This document shows, in pieces, positions 41,965-55,667 of a stretch of DNA of 64,000 nucleotides. Origin of the DNA: Octopus vulgaris (taxonomy: Eukaryota); the NCBI GenBank assembly GCA_951406725.2, contig OX597832.1:60884001-60948000 (forward strand), given 5' to 3'. The stretch's first letter is position 1, and each line of letters begins with the position of its first letter. A program made the position numbers and the translations under genes. The notes beneath the pieces are model-generated. The model was not told the DNA's origin, made no database searches, and worked only from the letters and a program-made list of their open reading frames with translations.

Positions 41965-42020
<56 letters not shown>

Positions 42021-42830
42021 CAACAACAACAATAATAATAATCCTTCCTACAATAGGCATAAGGCCTGACATTTAGGGGAGGGTACAGTCGATTACAACG
42101 ACCTCAGTGTTTCACTGGTACTTAATTCATCGACCCCGAAAGATGAAACGCGAAGTCGACCTTGGGGGAATTTGAACTCAGAACGTAGCGACAGACGAAA
42201 TGTTTGTCGCTAAGCATTTTGCCCGACCTGCAAACGATTCTGCCAGCTCGCCGTCTTACAGCAAAGTAAATATTGGCTTCAAATTTTGGTAAAAGACCTG
42301 CAATATTCTGGGAGAGGGTAAGTCGAATACATCGACACCAGGGTATGCATTTTATCGATTCTGAAAGAATAAAAAGCCAAGTCGACCTTGGCGGAATTTG
42401 AACGTAAAGACGGACGAAATGCCCGTCTTTTGCGCAGCTTGCTCTAGATTCTGCCAGCTCGCCGCCTTGTGACAATATAAATATCGGTTTGACATTTTTG
42501 AAGCAAACATTTACCAATATTTATATCTTTACGCTCAAATTCTACCTAAGTCGTCTTTGTCTTCCATCTTTTCAGAATCAATAAAATAAATACCAGAGAA
42601 ATTCTGGGGTCGATTATTATTAATAAAGTGGTGAGCTGTCAGAATCGTTAGCACGCCGGGCAAAATGCTCTAGCGTAATTTCGTCTGTCTTAATGTTCTG
42701 AGTTCAAATTCTGCCGAAGTAGAATTTACTTTTGATCTTTTCAGGATCGATAAAATAAGTACCAGTAAAATTCTAGGGTTGATGTAATCTTTCTCAGAAT
42801 TGCTGGCATTGTGCCAAAATTTGAAGCCAA
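40910..42830. mobile_element. Dense cluster of SINE family B copies separated by (AAT)n, plus an unclassified ~515-bp insert (41449-41965)
   Basis: Family B cores at ~40910-41077, 41160-41378, 42040-42257, 42270-42468 (minus) and 42520-42830 (plus). Confidence 0.88.
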
Positions 42831-43339
42831 TATCACAGTACATTGAACCTTACTGCTCTACACCACTCCACAATATAACTTCACATTGAGCACTCCGTAA
42901 CACTACATCACACACACACATACACCACTCCGATGCACACACCTTTACTGTACTTCGTTCTACATCATTACTTCACGATACTACCATATGCTACGCTACA
43001 CCACTCCACAACAACACCATTACATCACACCACTCTACTAAAGGATGTTACGTCACGTGATACCACTCCACCCCTCCACGACAATACAGAAAAACCTCAC
43101 CACAACATTGCGTCACTACACTACCGCAACTCTGTACTATACTACAACACTGACCAACACTACAATGCACCACGCTACTTCAATCTGCATCAGTACACAC
43201 ACACACACACACACACACACCACTGAACATTACATCTCCTACAACACTTCACCACTCTGCACTACAACCAAAACACATTGTCACCCAACAGCACTCTACA
43301 CAAATATACAACACTAGACTGCAATCACGACAACTAAAA

Positions 43340-44215
43340 CACCTCTCCGCACTAGAACCGCTACACTACAACATTAGTCACTACACTACAGCACTAGCCA
43401 CTACACGATAGAATTAACCACCCCACTACAACATTAGCCACTGCACTATAGCATTAGCCACTACACTACAGCACTAACCACTACGCTACAGCACTAGCCA
43501 CTGCACTATAGAATTAACCACTGCACTACAACACTGGCCACTACATTATAGCATTAACCACTACACTACAGCACTAACTATTATACTACAACACTAGCCA
43601 GTACACTATAGAATTACCCACTCCACTACACTATAGCATTAACCACTACACTACAGCACTAACCACTACACTACAACACTAGCCACTACACTATAGAATT
43701 AACTACTCCACTACACTATAGCATTAACCACTACACTGCAGCACTAACCACTACACTACAACACTAGCCACTACACTATAGAATTAACCACTCCACTACA
43801 CTATAGCATTAACCACTACACTACAGCACTAACCACTACTCTTTTCCATTCTCCCTCTCACTAACCACTACAGCACTAGCCACTACACTATAGAATTAAC
43901 CACTCCACTACAATATAGCATTAACCACTACACTACAGCACTAACCACTACTCTTTTCCATTCTCCCTCTCACTAACCACTACAGCACTAGCCACTACAC
44001 TATAGAATTAACCACTCCACTACAATATAGCATTAACCACTACACTACAGCACTAACCACTACACTACAGCACTAACCACTACACAACAACACTAGCCAC
44101 TACACTATAGAATTAACCACTACACTATAGCAGTAACCACTACACTACAGCACTAATTACTATACTACAGCACTAGCCACTACACTACAACACTAGCCAC
44201 TGCACTACACCGCTA
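43340..44215. repeat. Minisatellite, ~20-bp unit ccactacacta(c/t)a(g/a)(c/a)a(c/t)ta(a/g), with higher-order repeats
   Basis: Seen directly; includes a 112-bp higher-order duplication around 43839/43951. Confidence 0.93.
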
Positions 44216-44499
44216 AACACCACTGTGCACCACCGTTGCACACACACACAGCATAGCACCGCAAGCGGCACCCTCACCCTATACCAGTGAGCGTCTATGA
44301 TATATAAGAAGAGCAAGCAGTCCTAGCAACAGGTAATACCGTCGTCGTCAGCTCACATAGTGCAGCACACATTATCATCAGTTGGACAAGGTTAAGCTGA
44401 CCCAAGTCACTCAGCCATCTTTTCGAAATTATTACACTCGCTCAGACACACACAGACACACGCTTTTAAGTCCTCGTTATTAATGATCGAACTATATAC

Positions 44500-45310
44500 A
44501 TCGCCCTCGCTTTCTTTCTCCCTCCTTCTCTCACTCTCTCTCTCTCTCTGAAGGTCTCTCGCTTTTTCGATATCGAACTGTATGTCTCTCTTTTCTTTCT
44601 CTTTCCCCCACCACCTCTCTGTCGATCTGTCTGTCTGTCTCTCTCTCTCTGTCTGACTGGCTCTTTAAGTCTGTGTGTCTCTCCACTCTTTCTGATCAGC
44701 CAGCGCTCTTTCTATCTGTCTGTCTGTCTATCTCTCTTTGTCTCTCTTTCTTCCTCTCTCTCTTTCTCTCTTTCTTCCTCTCTCTCTCTCTCTCTCTCTC
44801 TCTTCCTCTCTCTTTCTTCCCCTCTCTCTCTCTCTCTTCCTCTCTCTCTCTTTCTTCCTCTCTCTCTCTTCCTCTCTCTTTCTTCCTCTCTCTCTCTTCC
44901 TGTCAATTTCTTTCTTGGTCTCTCTCTTTTTATCTATCTTTCTTTATGTCTGAGTATGTATCTCTCTCTGTCTTCCTCTCTCTTTCTACCCCCCTCTCTC
45001 TCCCTCCCTCCTTCTGTCTTTCTTTTTATGTCTGTGTGTGTCTCTCTTTTTCTACGTCTATCTCTCTCTATCTCTCCCTTTTACTACCCATCTCTCTTTC
45101 TCTGTCTACCTCTTTCTGCCTCTCTCTCCCTCTATCTTTCTCTATGTCCGTCTATCTCTTTTTCTATGTCTGTCTGTCTCTCTCTCTCTCTATATATATA
45201 TATATCTCTTTGTCTGTCTGTCTGTCTTTCTCTCTCTCTCTCTCTACGTCTGTCTCTTGTCTGCAACTCTCTCACTCTCTTTCTGCTTATGTCTCATGCA
45301 CAGACATTGA

Positions 45311-45371
<61 letters not shown>

Positions 45372-46023
45372 ACACTCTCTGTCCTTTTCTTAGTCACTCT
45401 CACATACACAACACACACACACACACTTTCTCTGCCTCTCTTTTCCATTCTCCCTCTCACTCTATTCCCTCCTTCCTCTCTGTCTTTCTGTTGTCTTTTT
45501 CCTCTTTTCCTCAAACAGACACTACGCAGTCTTTAACTTTCTCTCTCTCTCTCTCTACATACACACACACATACACACACACACACACACACACGCACAC
45601 ACATATATAAAACGTTTCCCGTCTTCCCTCACGCACACAGCACATATATCATTTTCGTCTCTCTCTATCTCTCCTTCTCTTCGTCTCTCTCTCCTCTCTT
45701 CATCTCTCTCTCACCCTCTCTTCATCTTTCTCTCCCTCTCTTCATCTCTCTACCTCTCCCTCACTTCATCTCTCTCTCTCTCTTCGTCTCTCTATCTCTC
45801 CTCTCTTCATCTCTCTCTCACCCTCTCTTCATATTTCTCTCCCTCTCTTCATCTCTCTACCTCTCCCGCTCTTCATCTCTCTCTCTCTTCGTCTCTCTAT
45901 CTCTCCTTCTATTCATCCCTCTCTCCTCTCTTCATCTCTCTCTCTCACCCTCTCTTCATCTTTCTCTCCCTCTCTTCATCTCTCTCCCTCTCCCTCTCTT
46001 CATCTCTCTATCTCCGTCTCTCA

Positions 46024-46078
<55 letters not shown>

Positions 46079-46245
46079 TATAGGCACATGCATGGCTGTG
46101 TTGATAAGAGGCTCGCTTTGCAGCCATGCGGTTCCGGGTTCAGTCCTAGCGCGCGACACCTCGGGTGAGTGTTTTCCAGTAAGCCCAGACCGACCAAAGC
46201 CTTGTCAGTAAATCTGATAGACGGAAACTGCGTGGAAACCCGTTG

Positions 46246-46292
<47 letters not shown>

Positions 46293-46794
46293 ATGTGTGT
46301 GTGTGTGAGTGTGTCTATGTGTTTGTGTCCTCCACCATCAGTTGACAACCGGTGCTGCTTTGTTTACAACCCGTAACTTAACGGCACAAGAAACTGGCAG
46401 AATAAGTCCCAAACTTATGTATATATGTATATATGTATATATATATAAAGAGGTAGAAACTGATCAGTCCGGGATATATCGTTAATGGTAAATGTTTTTG
46501 ATTTTCACTCTCGATGAATTTATCCCTTTTTGTGTCCCTAGCACTAGGCTTCCTTATTTGGGAGCCCTTAATTATATTTCTATATGAATAATATTTTGTC
46601 TAATGACTAATTCGTCTTTTGTGCTAGACCACTGGTAATAATAATCTGTTATTACCCTTTTTGATTATATTCACATATATATATAAGCTTTGGGGTTTAT
46701 GTTCGGCTGGAACCCGTGAACGTGGTGCCCCACCATGGCCCCAATTCAATGACTAAAACAAGTGAAAAGAAAAATGATTAATACATATCACTTT

Positions 46795-46838
<44 letters not shown>

Positions 46839-47870
46839 TATTTCTTTCTTTCTCTCCTCACTCCCATACAACCTCTCTACACATCTCCCCCTCTCTCTCT
46901 CTTTCCCTTCTAATCCAATAGTTCCCCCCTTCATTTCGATTCTACGTCTGCACATTTTGTATTCACCCCCCCTCTCTCTCTCTCTCCACAAGTACCTTCC
47001 CAATGTCTCTCATTCTCTCTTCATCTTTCCAACTCTTTCTCTCGTTTCAAATCCATAAAAATTCTTCTTTTAGTCTCCATCAATCCAACATTCTCGTCTC
47101 TCAATCCAACTCCTCTCTCTCTCTCTCTTCCTCGTTTCTCTCTCGTCTCTCTTTCTCTCTTTCTATCAGTTTGTATCTCTCTTTTCCTCTCTGACTCCGT
47201 TTCTTTTTACCTCTCTCTCTCTCTCTTACTCTCGTTCTTCCCCCTCTTCCTCCCTCCCTCTCTCTTACTCTTTCTGCATCCCTTTATAAATCCAACACTC
47301 CTTCTCTCTCTCTCTCTGTCTCTGCTTCATCTCTACCTAGACCGTTGCCCACGTCTCTCACTCTTTCTATCCTTCTTCTATCCTCTCTCTATCCTTCTTC
47401 CCCCCCTCTCTCAGCCCTCCTCTATTAATCCATCTCTCTTCATCTCATTACGTTCCTGATTTCATCTCTTTCTCCATCTCTCTCTTTTTTCTCTATCAGC
47501 CTCACTTCTTCAATCCAGCTCTCTCTTCCTCATCTCTGTCCATTCTTCACTTTATCTCTTTCTCTCCATCTCTGTCTCTGTCTGTCTGTCCCCCCCTCTC
47601 TCTCTCTGCCTCCATCAGCTTCTCTGTTTCAATCCAACTTCCCCTTTTTCACCTCTACCCATTCCTCAATCCATCTCTTTCGCCCTCTCTCCACCTCTCT
47701 CCATTTATCAAACTCTCGTCGCCACACTCTCTCTTCATCTCTCTCTCTCTCACCCACTCTCTCACTCTTTTCATCTCTCTCTCTCTCTTCATCTCTCTCT
47801 CTCTTCATCTCTCTCTCTCTCTTCATCTCTCTCTCTCTCTCACCCACTCTCTCACTCTCTATATGGCTCT
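44500..47870. repeat. Extended (CT)-rich polypyrimidine region, interrupted by a family A SINE at 46080-46770
   Basis: Seen directly. Confidence 0.9.
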
Positions 47871-48059
47871 TAGTCCAAATCACAGAATATTACAGCAATA
47901 TTCCCCGTATAAAAGGTGCTAATACATCTGTTCGTGTCTGATTGAACATTTACGATTAAAATTATAATGTTTTACTTTTTCTCTTTAGTAAAACATCCAG
48001 AAAATAATATCTTTAACATTATTATTCTATCCGCTACGGTGTATGTAGGCAACAGTTTA

Positions 48060-48350
48060 ACTATGGAAGGAAACCAGTGACATAATCTATTATACATACA
48101 ACATTTATAATACTGAGAAGACAATTGATTAGTAAACTATGGAAGCAAATCTAAGACATAATCTCTTAGACGTAACACCTATTAATTTGTAACACAGTCG
48201 AGTGATAAAGTTTGGAAGGAAATCGAAGACAATCTGTTATGTACACATGATATTATTCGCAAGACAAGAGACTGATTGTCTATGGAAGGAAATAAAGACA
48301 TAATTTGTTAAAGCCAAAACATTTATGGTATCAGTAAGACGACTGATAAA
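48060..48350. repeat. Old diverged tandem repeat, ~73-bp unit, 4 copies
   Basis: Motif ctatggaaggaaa…gacataatct at ~48061, 48137, 48210 and 48280. Confidence 0.75.
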
Positions 48351-48974
48351 CTTTTTGTTTAGACATCCAGGGTTTCGTGACCGAAACATTAATTTATTTC
48401 GCCATTTTTCAAGCCGAAAACAAAACCGTTTGTTATTTAAATACAAAGAAATAGAATTAAAAAAAACAAAAAAAAAAAAAAACAAAAGAGGCAAGCAGTA
48501 AGAGGTGGAATGGTAGGGGGCAATGGGTCACACATCCCAGACCAAATGCTGTGCTCAGACGCATTCCGCAGTAATGAGCGTGATGGCACTGCCGCGGAGA
48601 ATGACCGGCCAGGTAGTTAAGGTGTTGCACTTACGATCTTAAGATTGTGGTTTCGATTCCTGGACCGGGCGTTGTGTTTGTTTTTTATTTTCTTGAGCAA
48701 GACACTTCATTTCCCGTTGCTCCATTCCACTCAGCATTAAATGACTTCCAGTAACAGTTTGGAAGTTAATCCTGAAGCGGATCGGCGTCTCGTTCAGGTT
48801 GGAGGAGTTTTTAAAAATCTCTGTCACTTTTACGCCACGGAAACCGGGCTCAGCTCCGGTCCCTATGAATCCTTAGGGCTCATGACAGACCTGCAGAGTA
48901 TTGAGATTTATTTGAGCTTTATATGACCCTGATCACTGAGAACACAATCCCTCACCCAACTGTTGTACTCCAAT

Positions 48975-49575
48975 CTATAAGTACATAGTTAAAGCAGGTT
49001 CATTCGCCTTTACCATTTTCACGTTAGTCACCCATCATCTTTTGACAAATTCGTTGGGAAGGGAGCACTTATCTCTCCAGCCTCGTTTTCCTTCTTCAGT
49101 TGAACTTAAAAATACAATGTGGGCTTGGTTGAATAGGAAAGTGCATATCCCCAATCATTTCGGCCTCGTCCACACACAACTTCTTTCGTCTTGACCACCA
49201 GACAAGGGAACACCGCCTGCTCGGCTTTGTTAAAGGCGGGATGCTGGGCGATACCCATGATGAACTCGGTCAGGAAACTGGATTCATCCTCTGGGCGACA
49301 CCAGCGGTTCAACATAGCTCAGCGACCCTAGGTAGTACTGCCTAGCTGGGATTTCTGGAATTTATCAGGTGTAATATCCGTCCCGAAAGTCCTCCGAAAC
49401 AGACCGAGTAATTCGTACTCTTTGATGCCTTGAGTTTTTCCGAGGATATTATCGTACTTACCATGTACCAAAGTTCAATATATTGGTAGCGTAAAACTTC
49501 TCCTGAGCACTTTGCCTGATTAGTAGAGGGCAGCGAGCGCCTGTCGACACTACAGGTGCCAAGTGCTTAATCTTG
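48975..49575 (-). mobile_element. Degraded Tx1/L1-like non-LTR ORF2 C-terminal fragment
   Basis: Across frames WHL*CRQALAAL, GKYDNILGKTQGIKEYELLGLFRRTFG…DKFQKS, SYVEPLVS, AVFPCLVVKTKEVV(W)TR, NEFVKR*WV; family assignment is by recalled resemblance. Confidence 0.6.
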
Positions 49576-50575
49576 CTCTTTTCTTGACACAAAAGTGCAA
49601 CTCCGTTAAAGAGATGAGCCGTGAAAAAAACAAAGAAAAAAAAACGTGTCCTACAAATGGACACCGTCCAGGAAAATCTATTGGTGGTAATATCAACAGC
49701 CGTATATTTTTCGCTAGGATTGCAAACCAGAAAGAAACATTGAACATGTGTCACAATCTAGGAGCAGCAAAATAAACAAATATACAAATAAATCAAACTA
49801 AAGCGTGATGGGGGTGTGTTACAAAAGTAGTACCTCTTTGCCCGACAAATTCATCAAGCAAAAAGGTGGTCCCTCAAATAAATAAATAATTATAAAATAG
49901 AATAAAGTGGGGTTCCCATATTCCCCAAGAGACCATCTTTGCTAATCAGTAGTACAATAAACGCTCCATCGACCAGGCTAGGGCTTATGGAGGTACGCTC
50001 TAGCTTAGAAACAGGGAAGGTGAGAAAACAGAGGGGACTGATGCGTGACACAATATTCAACAAGATCGTACTGCAGAGACTTTGTGGTTGTATTTCCATA
50101 TTTGTTATACATAGTAATAAATCCTGATATTGAATGGATTTGAAGTACTTGGTCGAAGGGTTACGAATATGTCACCGTACTTACTTAATTTAAATCTACT
50201 ATGAATTTTTGCGGTTAAAGACAGGAATGTCGATTGAGTGCAGTGAAGAGGTGTTTGTGCGCTCATTCGCCACGTCCCAGTGCACCGGAGTGTGTTAACG
50301 TTCATTGCACAACGTTATTTATACAATTCTGGCTTGAACGAACTTTAGGCTCCTCATCAGACATATGCTATTCTAATATGAGAATGGCAGAGTGCGTGTT
50401 GGTAGAGCACGGCGCGAAAGGACGAAGGAATGCATGAGTAAAACGATCCCTTGTCGTCATTCGCAGCCCGGCTTTTTCACACGTCCTCTTAGAGGAGAAT
50501 TTTCTCAAGCGATGTTTCATGATCTTCCGCAGCGGAGTGAGCGTACTCGAGTATGTTAAATAAGATTTTACGCGA

Positions 50576-50620
<45 letters not shown>

Positions 50621-50727
50621 ACAAAACCTGTTACTCTGAGTTTCACGTTCAGAGTAACAGGTTTTGTTGAATTTTCTGCTGCTTTAAGAACGTGAAACTC
50701 AGAGTAACAGGTTTTATATATACATAT

Positions 50728-50892
50728 ATATACGACGGGCTTCTTTCAGTTTCCGTCTACCAGATCAACTCACAATGGTTTTGGTCAGCCCGAGGCTATA
50801 GTAGAAGACACTTGCCGAAGGTTCCACAAAATGGGACTGACCTCGGAACAATGTGGTTGGTAAGCAAGTTACTTACCACACAGCCACTCCTC
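50728..50892 (-). mobile_element. SINE family A head
   Basis: Same head sequence as other copies. Confidence 0.9.
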
Positions 50893-50905
50893 TGTGTGTG
50901 TATGC

Positions 50906-50945
<40 letters not shown>

Positions 50946-51709
50946 CACACACACATACATATGCATGTATATGTATGTATGCATAAGTATTTGTGTACGC
51001 GCGCGCGTGTCATTCAGTCGCATTTGTATGTCTTTGTGCGCGCGCACAAACATATCTGAACGCACTAGTTAGGGTGTGGTTGTCTGTAAGTATTGTTACA
51101 CATTTTGTGCAAGTTCGTTTGCGTGAGTAATCTCATTGACTACGTCTGAGTAGGTGTGTGTATATGTGTGTGTGAATGCGTGCGTGTGTATGTATGTGTG
51201 TGTGTCTTTGTGCTTGTGACTATCTGCATATTTTGTCTGACACCAAGTGAGTGTATACAAATAAGTTGAACCCTGGCTGAGGACAGTCTTTGTCTGGGCA
51301 TGTGTGGGTGTGTGTGTGTGTGTAAAAGTGTTAGCACATGATAATGTATGGGTGTGTCGTGGCGATGCGTGTGCGCGTGTGAGCGATAGAGAGAAGGCGG
51401 TGAGTACCAAGGGCGGGTAACTCAGAGTGACCTCTTGCAGACAGGGCGTTGCTTAGGGTCTCTGAATAAGTGGAGTGGATATTAAATGGGCGTGAATAGC
51501 GATGCTACATAGATATTAGTGCATATTATACGTACATACATATACGCATACATAGAAACGTACATACGCGCACGTAGATATACACTCACGTATATACAGA
51601 TGTATACAATTATCAATCTATTTATCGATCAATCTACCTAATTATATATATATAAATTATTATTTAGATAGATAGCGAGATACAAATATATATATTATAT
51701 ATATGTATA

Positions 51710-51830
<121 letters not shown>

Positions 51831-51874
51831 TAAATAGCGAGATAGAAATATATGTGTATATGTATATATATGTG

Positions 51875-51905
<31 letters not shown>

Positions 51906-52237
51906 TTATATTTCATCTTTTATTGTTTATTTCTTTCAGTCGTTCAACTGTGGCCGTGCTGGGGCACCGCTTTGAAGAATTCTTAGTAAAAAAAATCGAG
52001 CAATTACTTCCTTTTTGCTAAGCCTGCTACTTATTCTATCGGAACCTTTGCCCAACTGCTTGGTCACAGGGACGTAAACGTACTAACATCGGCTGTTAAG
52101 CGATGGTGGAGACCAACACAAACACAAACGCAGACATCCACGCATGCACGTTCACACACACATACACACACACATACATACATACGACAGGCTTCTTTTA
52201 GTTTCCGTCTATCAAATCCATTCACAAGGCTTTGGTT

Positions 52238-53283
52238 AGGAACTTGGTGCATAGGAGTCCAAGTGACAAACAGGTCACATTCTGATCACAATAAGGGTTA
52301 GATGAAAGATTTCTTTAGTAGATTCAGAAATATCTTATGTGGTTGTTAGTGAAAGAGATTAGGTGTTACCACAACGTTATTTTAGGTTTCATTCAATTTT
52401 TAGTAATACAAAAGTGACAGAGCTTGGGTCAAAGATGGGTCAAAAATGGGCCCAATTGACTGACCAACCATACGGCTGAAATTTGAATAAATATCAATGA
52501 TGTTTATGAAATATCTCAAGTAGTTTATACGCTAGATACGTATATACATGTATATAGATATACATGAAGGCACATAGCTCAGTGGTTAGGGCGTCAAGCA
52601 TACGATCGTGAGATTGTGAGTTCGAATCCCGGACCGGGATGCGTGTTGTGTTCTTGAGCAAGATACTTTATTTCACGTTGCTCCAGTTCCCTCAGCTGTA
52701 GAAATGAGTTGCGACGTCACAGGTACCAAGCTGTATCGGTCCCTTTTGCCTTACCCTTGGATAACACTGGTGGCGTGGAGAGGGGAGGCCGGTATGCATG
52801 GGCGACTGCTGGTCTTCCATAAATAACCTTGCCCAGACTTGTGCCTCGGAAGGTAACTTTCTAGGTGCAATTCCATGGTCTGTGTCGTGACCGAAGGAGG
52901 TCTCAACAAATAGATATACATGGATGCATATATGGTTACTATAGCAGAGGGCACTTGCTCAAAGTGCCATACAGTAGGACTGAACCCAGAACAATGTGGC
53001 TGGGAAGCAAGCAACTTACCAATCAGCCGCTCACCCCGTCCCTGCCACATTCATATTATTGCGAATGCTAGCTGGGTGAAAGGTCGATGCCACTATCCCG
53101 CTTCCTTTTGCAATTCTTCAGTTTTGTGGTAAATATACACAGATATGTTGATATATGTGTGCTTATGTGGTAAGAAGTTTGCTTCCCAACCACATGGTTC
53201 CGGGTTCAGTCCCACTGCGTGGATTCGACCGACCAAAGCCTTGCGAGTTTATTTGACAGATGTAATGTGTGTGTATGTGTGTG

Positions 53284-53316
<33 letters not shown>

Positions 53317-53731
53317 ACATGTGTGTGCATGTGTGTATGTGTGTATGTCTGCATTTGTTTGTCCTGTACACCATCATTTGACAACCGATGTTGGTGTGTT
53401 TTCTTCCCTGTAACTTAGCTGTTCAGCAGAAACCACCGATGACACTTACAAAGAATAAGTCCTGGGGTCGATTTGCTCGACTAAAGACTGTACCCCAGCA
53501 TGGCCGTAGTCAAAGGACTGAAACAAGCACATGACTAAAAGGTTAAATATATTCATTTATATATATGTATACACACATATACATACATATACAACATATA
53601 TGCACATACATATATATGCATACATACATACATATATATATATATACATACTTACATATATATATATTCGTTTGAATTTTCGATTTTTCGAATTCTCACT
53701 TCGTTCCGTCTCCTTCCTCCTTGCCCGTTTT

Positions 53732-53794
<63 letters not shown>

Positions 53795-54384
53795 CATACA
53801 TATATATGTACCTAAACGCATATATGTTTGCAGATATTCATGTTTATTCATGTGTGTGTGCATATGTATGAATGTGTTTTTTGTGTGTATGTGTATACAC
53901 GCAAGCGTATCCACTAGCTTAGAAATGAGCATATGTACCTATGTGTATCCATATATATATATACATGTGTGTGTGTAATATATATAGATGTATATATGAA
54001 GAAACATACGTCTATATACAGATACATATATTTCTCTGTGTGTAGCCAATGTATGCATGTATATCTGTATATATGTATATATGTATCTAGGGTATAAACC
54101 ACTCGAAATATTTCATGAACAACATTGATATTTATCCAAATTTCAACCGTATGATTGGCCAGTAAATTGGACCCATATTTGACCCAAGCTCTGATAAAAC
54201 TCTATTCTGTCACTTTTGTATTACTAAAAATTGAATGAACTCTAAAATAACGTTATAGCAACCGCTAATGTCTTTCAATAACAAGCACATAAGATAACCT
54301 TCAACTAACCCTTATTGTGATCGGAATGTGACCTGTGTGTCACTTGGACTCCTATACAAATCTAACTGTCAGCACCAAGTTCCT
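52238..54384. mobile_element. Non-autonomous DNA transposon with ~300-bp TIRs, containing nested SINEs (C at 52569-52904, A at 53160-53530)
   Basis: 52238-52548 and 54083-54384 are diverged reverse complements with termini aggaacttggtgc / gcaccaagttcct. Confidence 0.85.
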
Positions 54385-55109
54385 TGCACATGCTCGACTA
54401 AATAAAATTTTTTTTAAATGTAAACAAGCCATTATGCCTTACATTAAATTTCACCGACCCAATTGTTGCTACTAAGGAAACATTAAATAGATAAATAAAA
54501 CATTCCCCTATCAAACTAGAATAACTGTCTTTACCATGCATTTCCATTCACCATATCCTTAAAGCTTAAATCCTCCTCTCCTTCCTCTTCGTCCCCAACC
54601 ACTTCAAGGACAATTTTCTCTCTATAGATTTATTTGTACTCTGCCTAAGTTGCTTATAGAGCATGGACACTCACTCCCGCAAATAGAAATTCCTTTTTTA
54701 CACGTGAGAACCGAACCGAGTCGCAGCCGAGGATTTGAAATCACTATCAACGTTTTCCTTGGAAAATATAAGAATTATGATAAATGTTTTGTTATTCTTC
54801 AACATGACTTTTTACAAGTAACTATATTACAAAAAAGACACACACAAACACATAGAGATGTATGTATGCATGAGTGTGTGTGTGTATATATATGTACGTA
54901 TGTATTTGTGTATGTACGTATTCTTTTATTTGTTTCAGTCATGTGACTGCGGCCATGCTGGAGCACCGCGTTTACTCGAACAAACCGACCGCAGGACTTA
55001 TTCTTTGCAAGCCTAGTACTTATTTTATCGGCGTATTTTGCCGAATCGCTAAGTTACGGAGATATAAACACACCAACATCGGTTGTCATTACATTACACA
55101 TATATGTAT

Positions 55110-55150
<41 letters not shown>

Positions 55151-55667
55151 TATATATGAGTCAGAAAAACACACGGTCTTCGCAGAAAGTGGATATTAGT
55201 GGAAGACGAGTTAGCTGTTTGGGAAAGAAAATGCTTTGAAAGTAAACGTTTATAGAGAATGTAACAAAAATATAAGAAAGGAAATTAAAACGGAAAACGA
55301 AAGTTTACACGGCAAATTAAATATATTTTAAGGTCGGGTATTTTTGTGAAGTGTGTTGAGAAAGATATTTGAATTTGATACTGGGTAGCTTTAATCGGAT
55401 ACTAAGTGAGTTTTCCATGCATGATTGGATACACTAAAATGCTGTAGCGTCGAAATTTTTGAAGTTATTCTTGCGTTGTAACGAGAGGACATAGAAACGT
55501 TCATTGTGTGAAATATCCCACGAAGGGATTTCGTCGGGGAATTAGATCTCTGCAGAGCAGTTTTGAGACGTTTTGGTAAATTAACAAAGCCTAAGTGAAG
55601 AGCACTTCATATATTTATATTTAGTTTTGTAAGCTTCTGGATGTGAACTTGTATGCTGAAACAAATC

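Noticed and set aside
48060-48350. CRISPR-like repeat-spacer appearance
   Set aside because: Repeats are degenerate, the 'spacers' are homologous to each other, the context is eukaryotic and there are no cas genes.
55200-55620. Possible minus-strand GIY-YIG/Penelope remnant (LQHFSVSNHA)
   Set aside because: Too decayed; no recognisable GIY or YIG motif.
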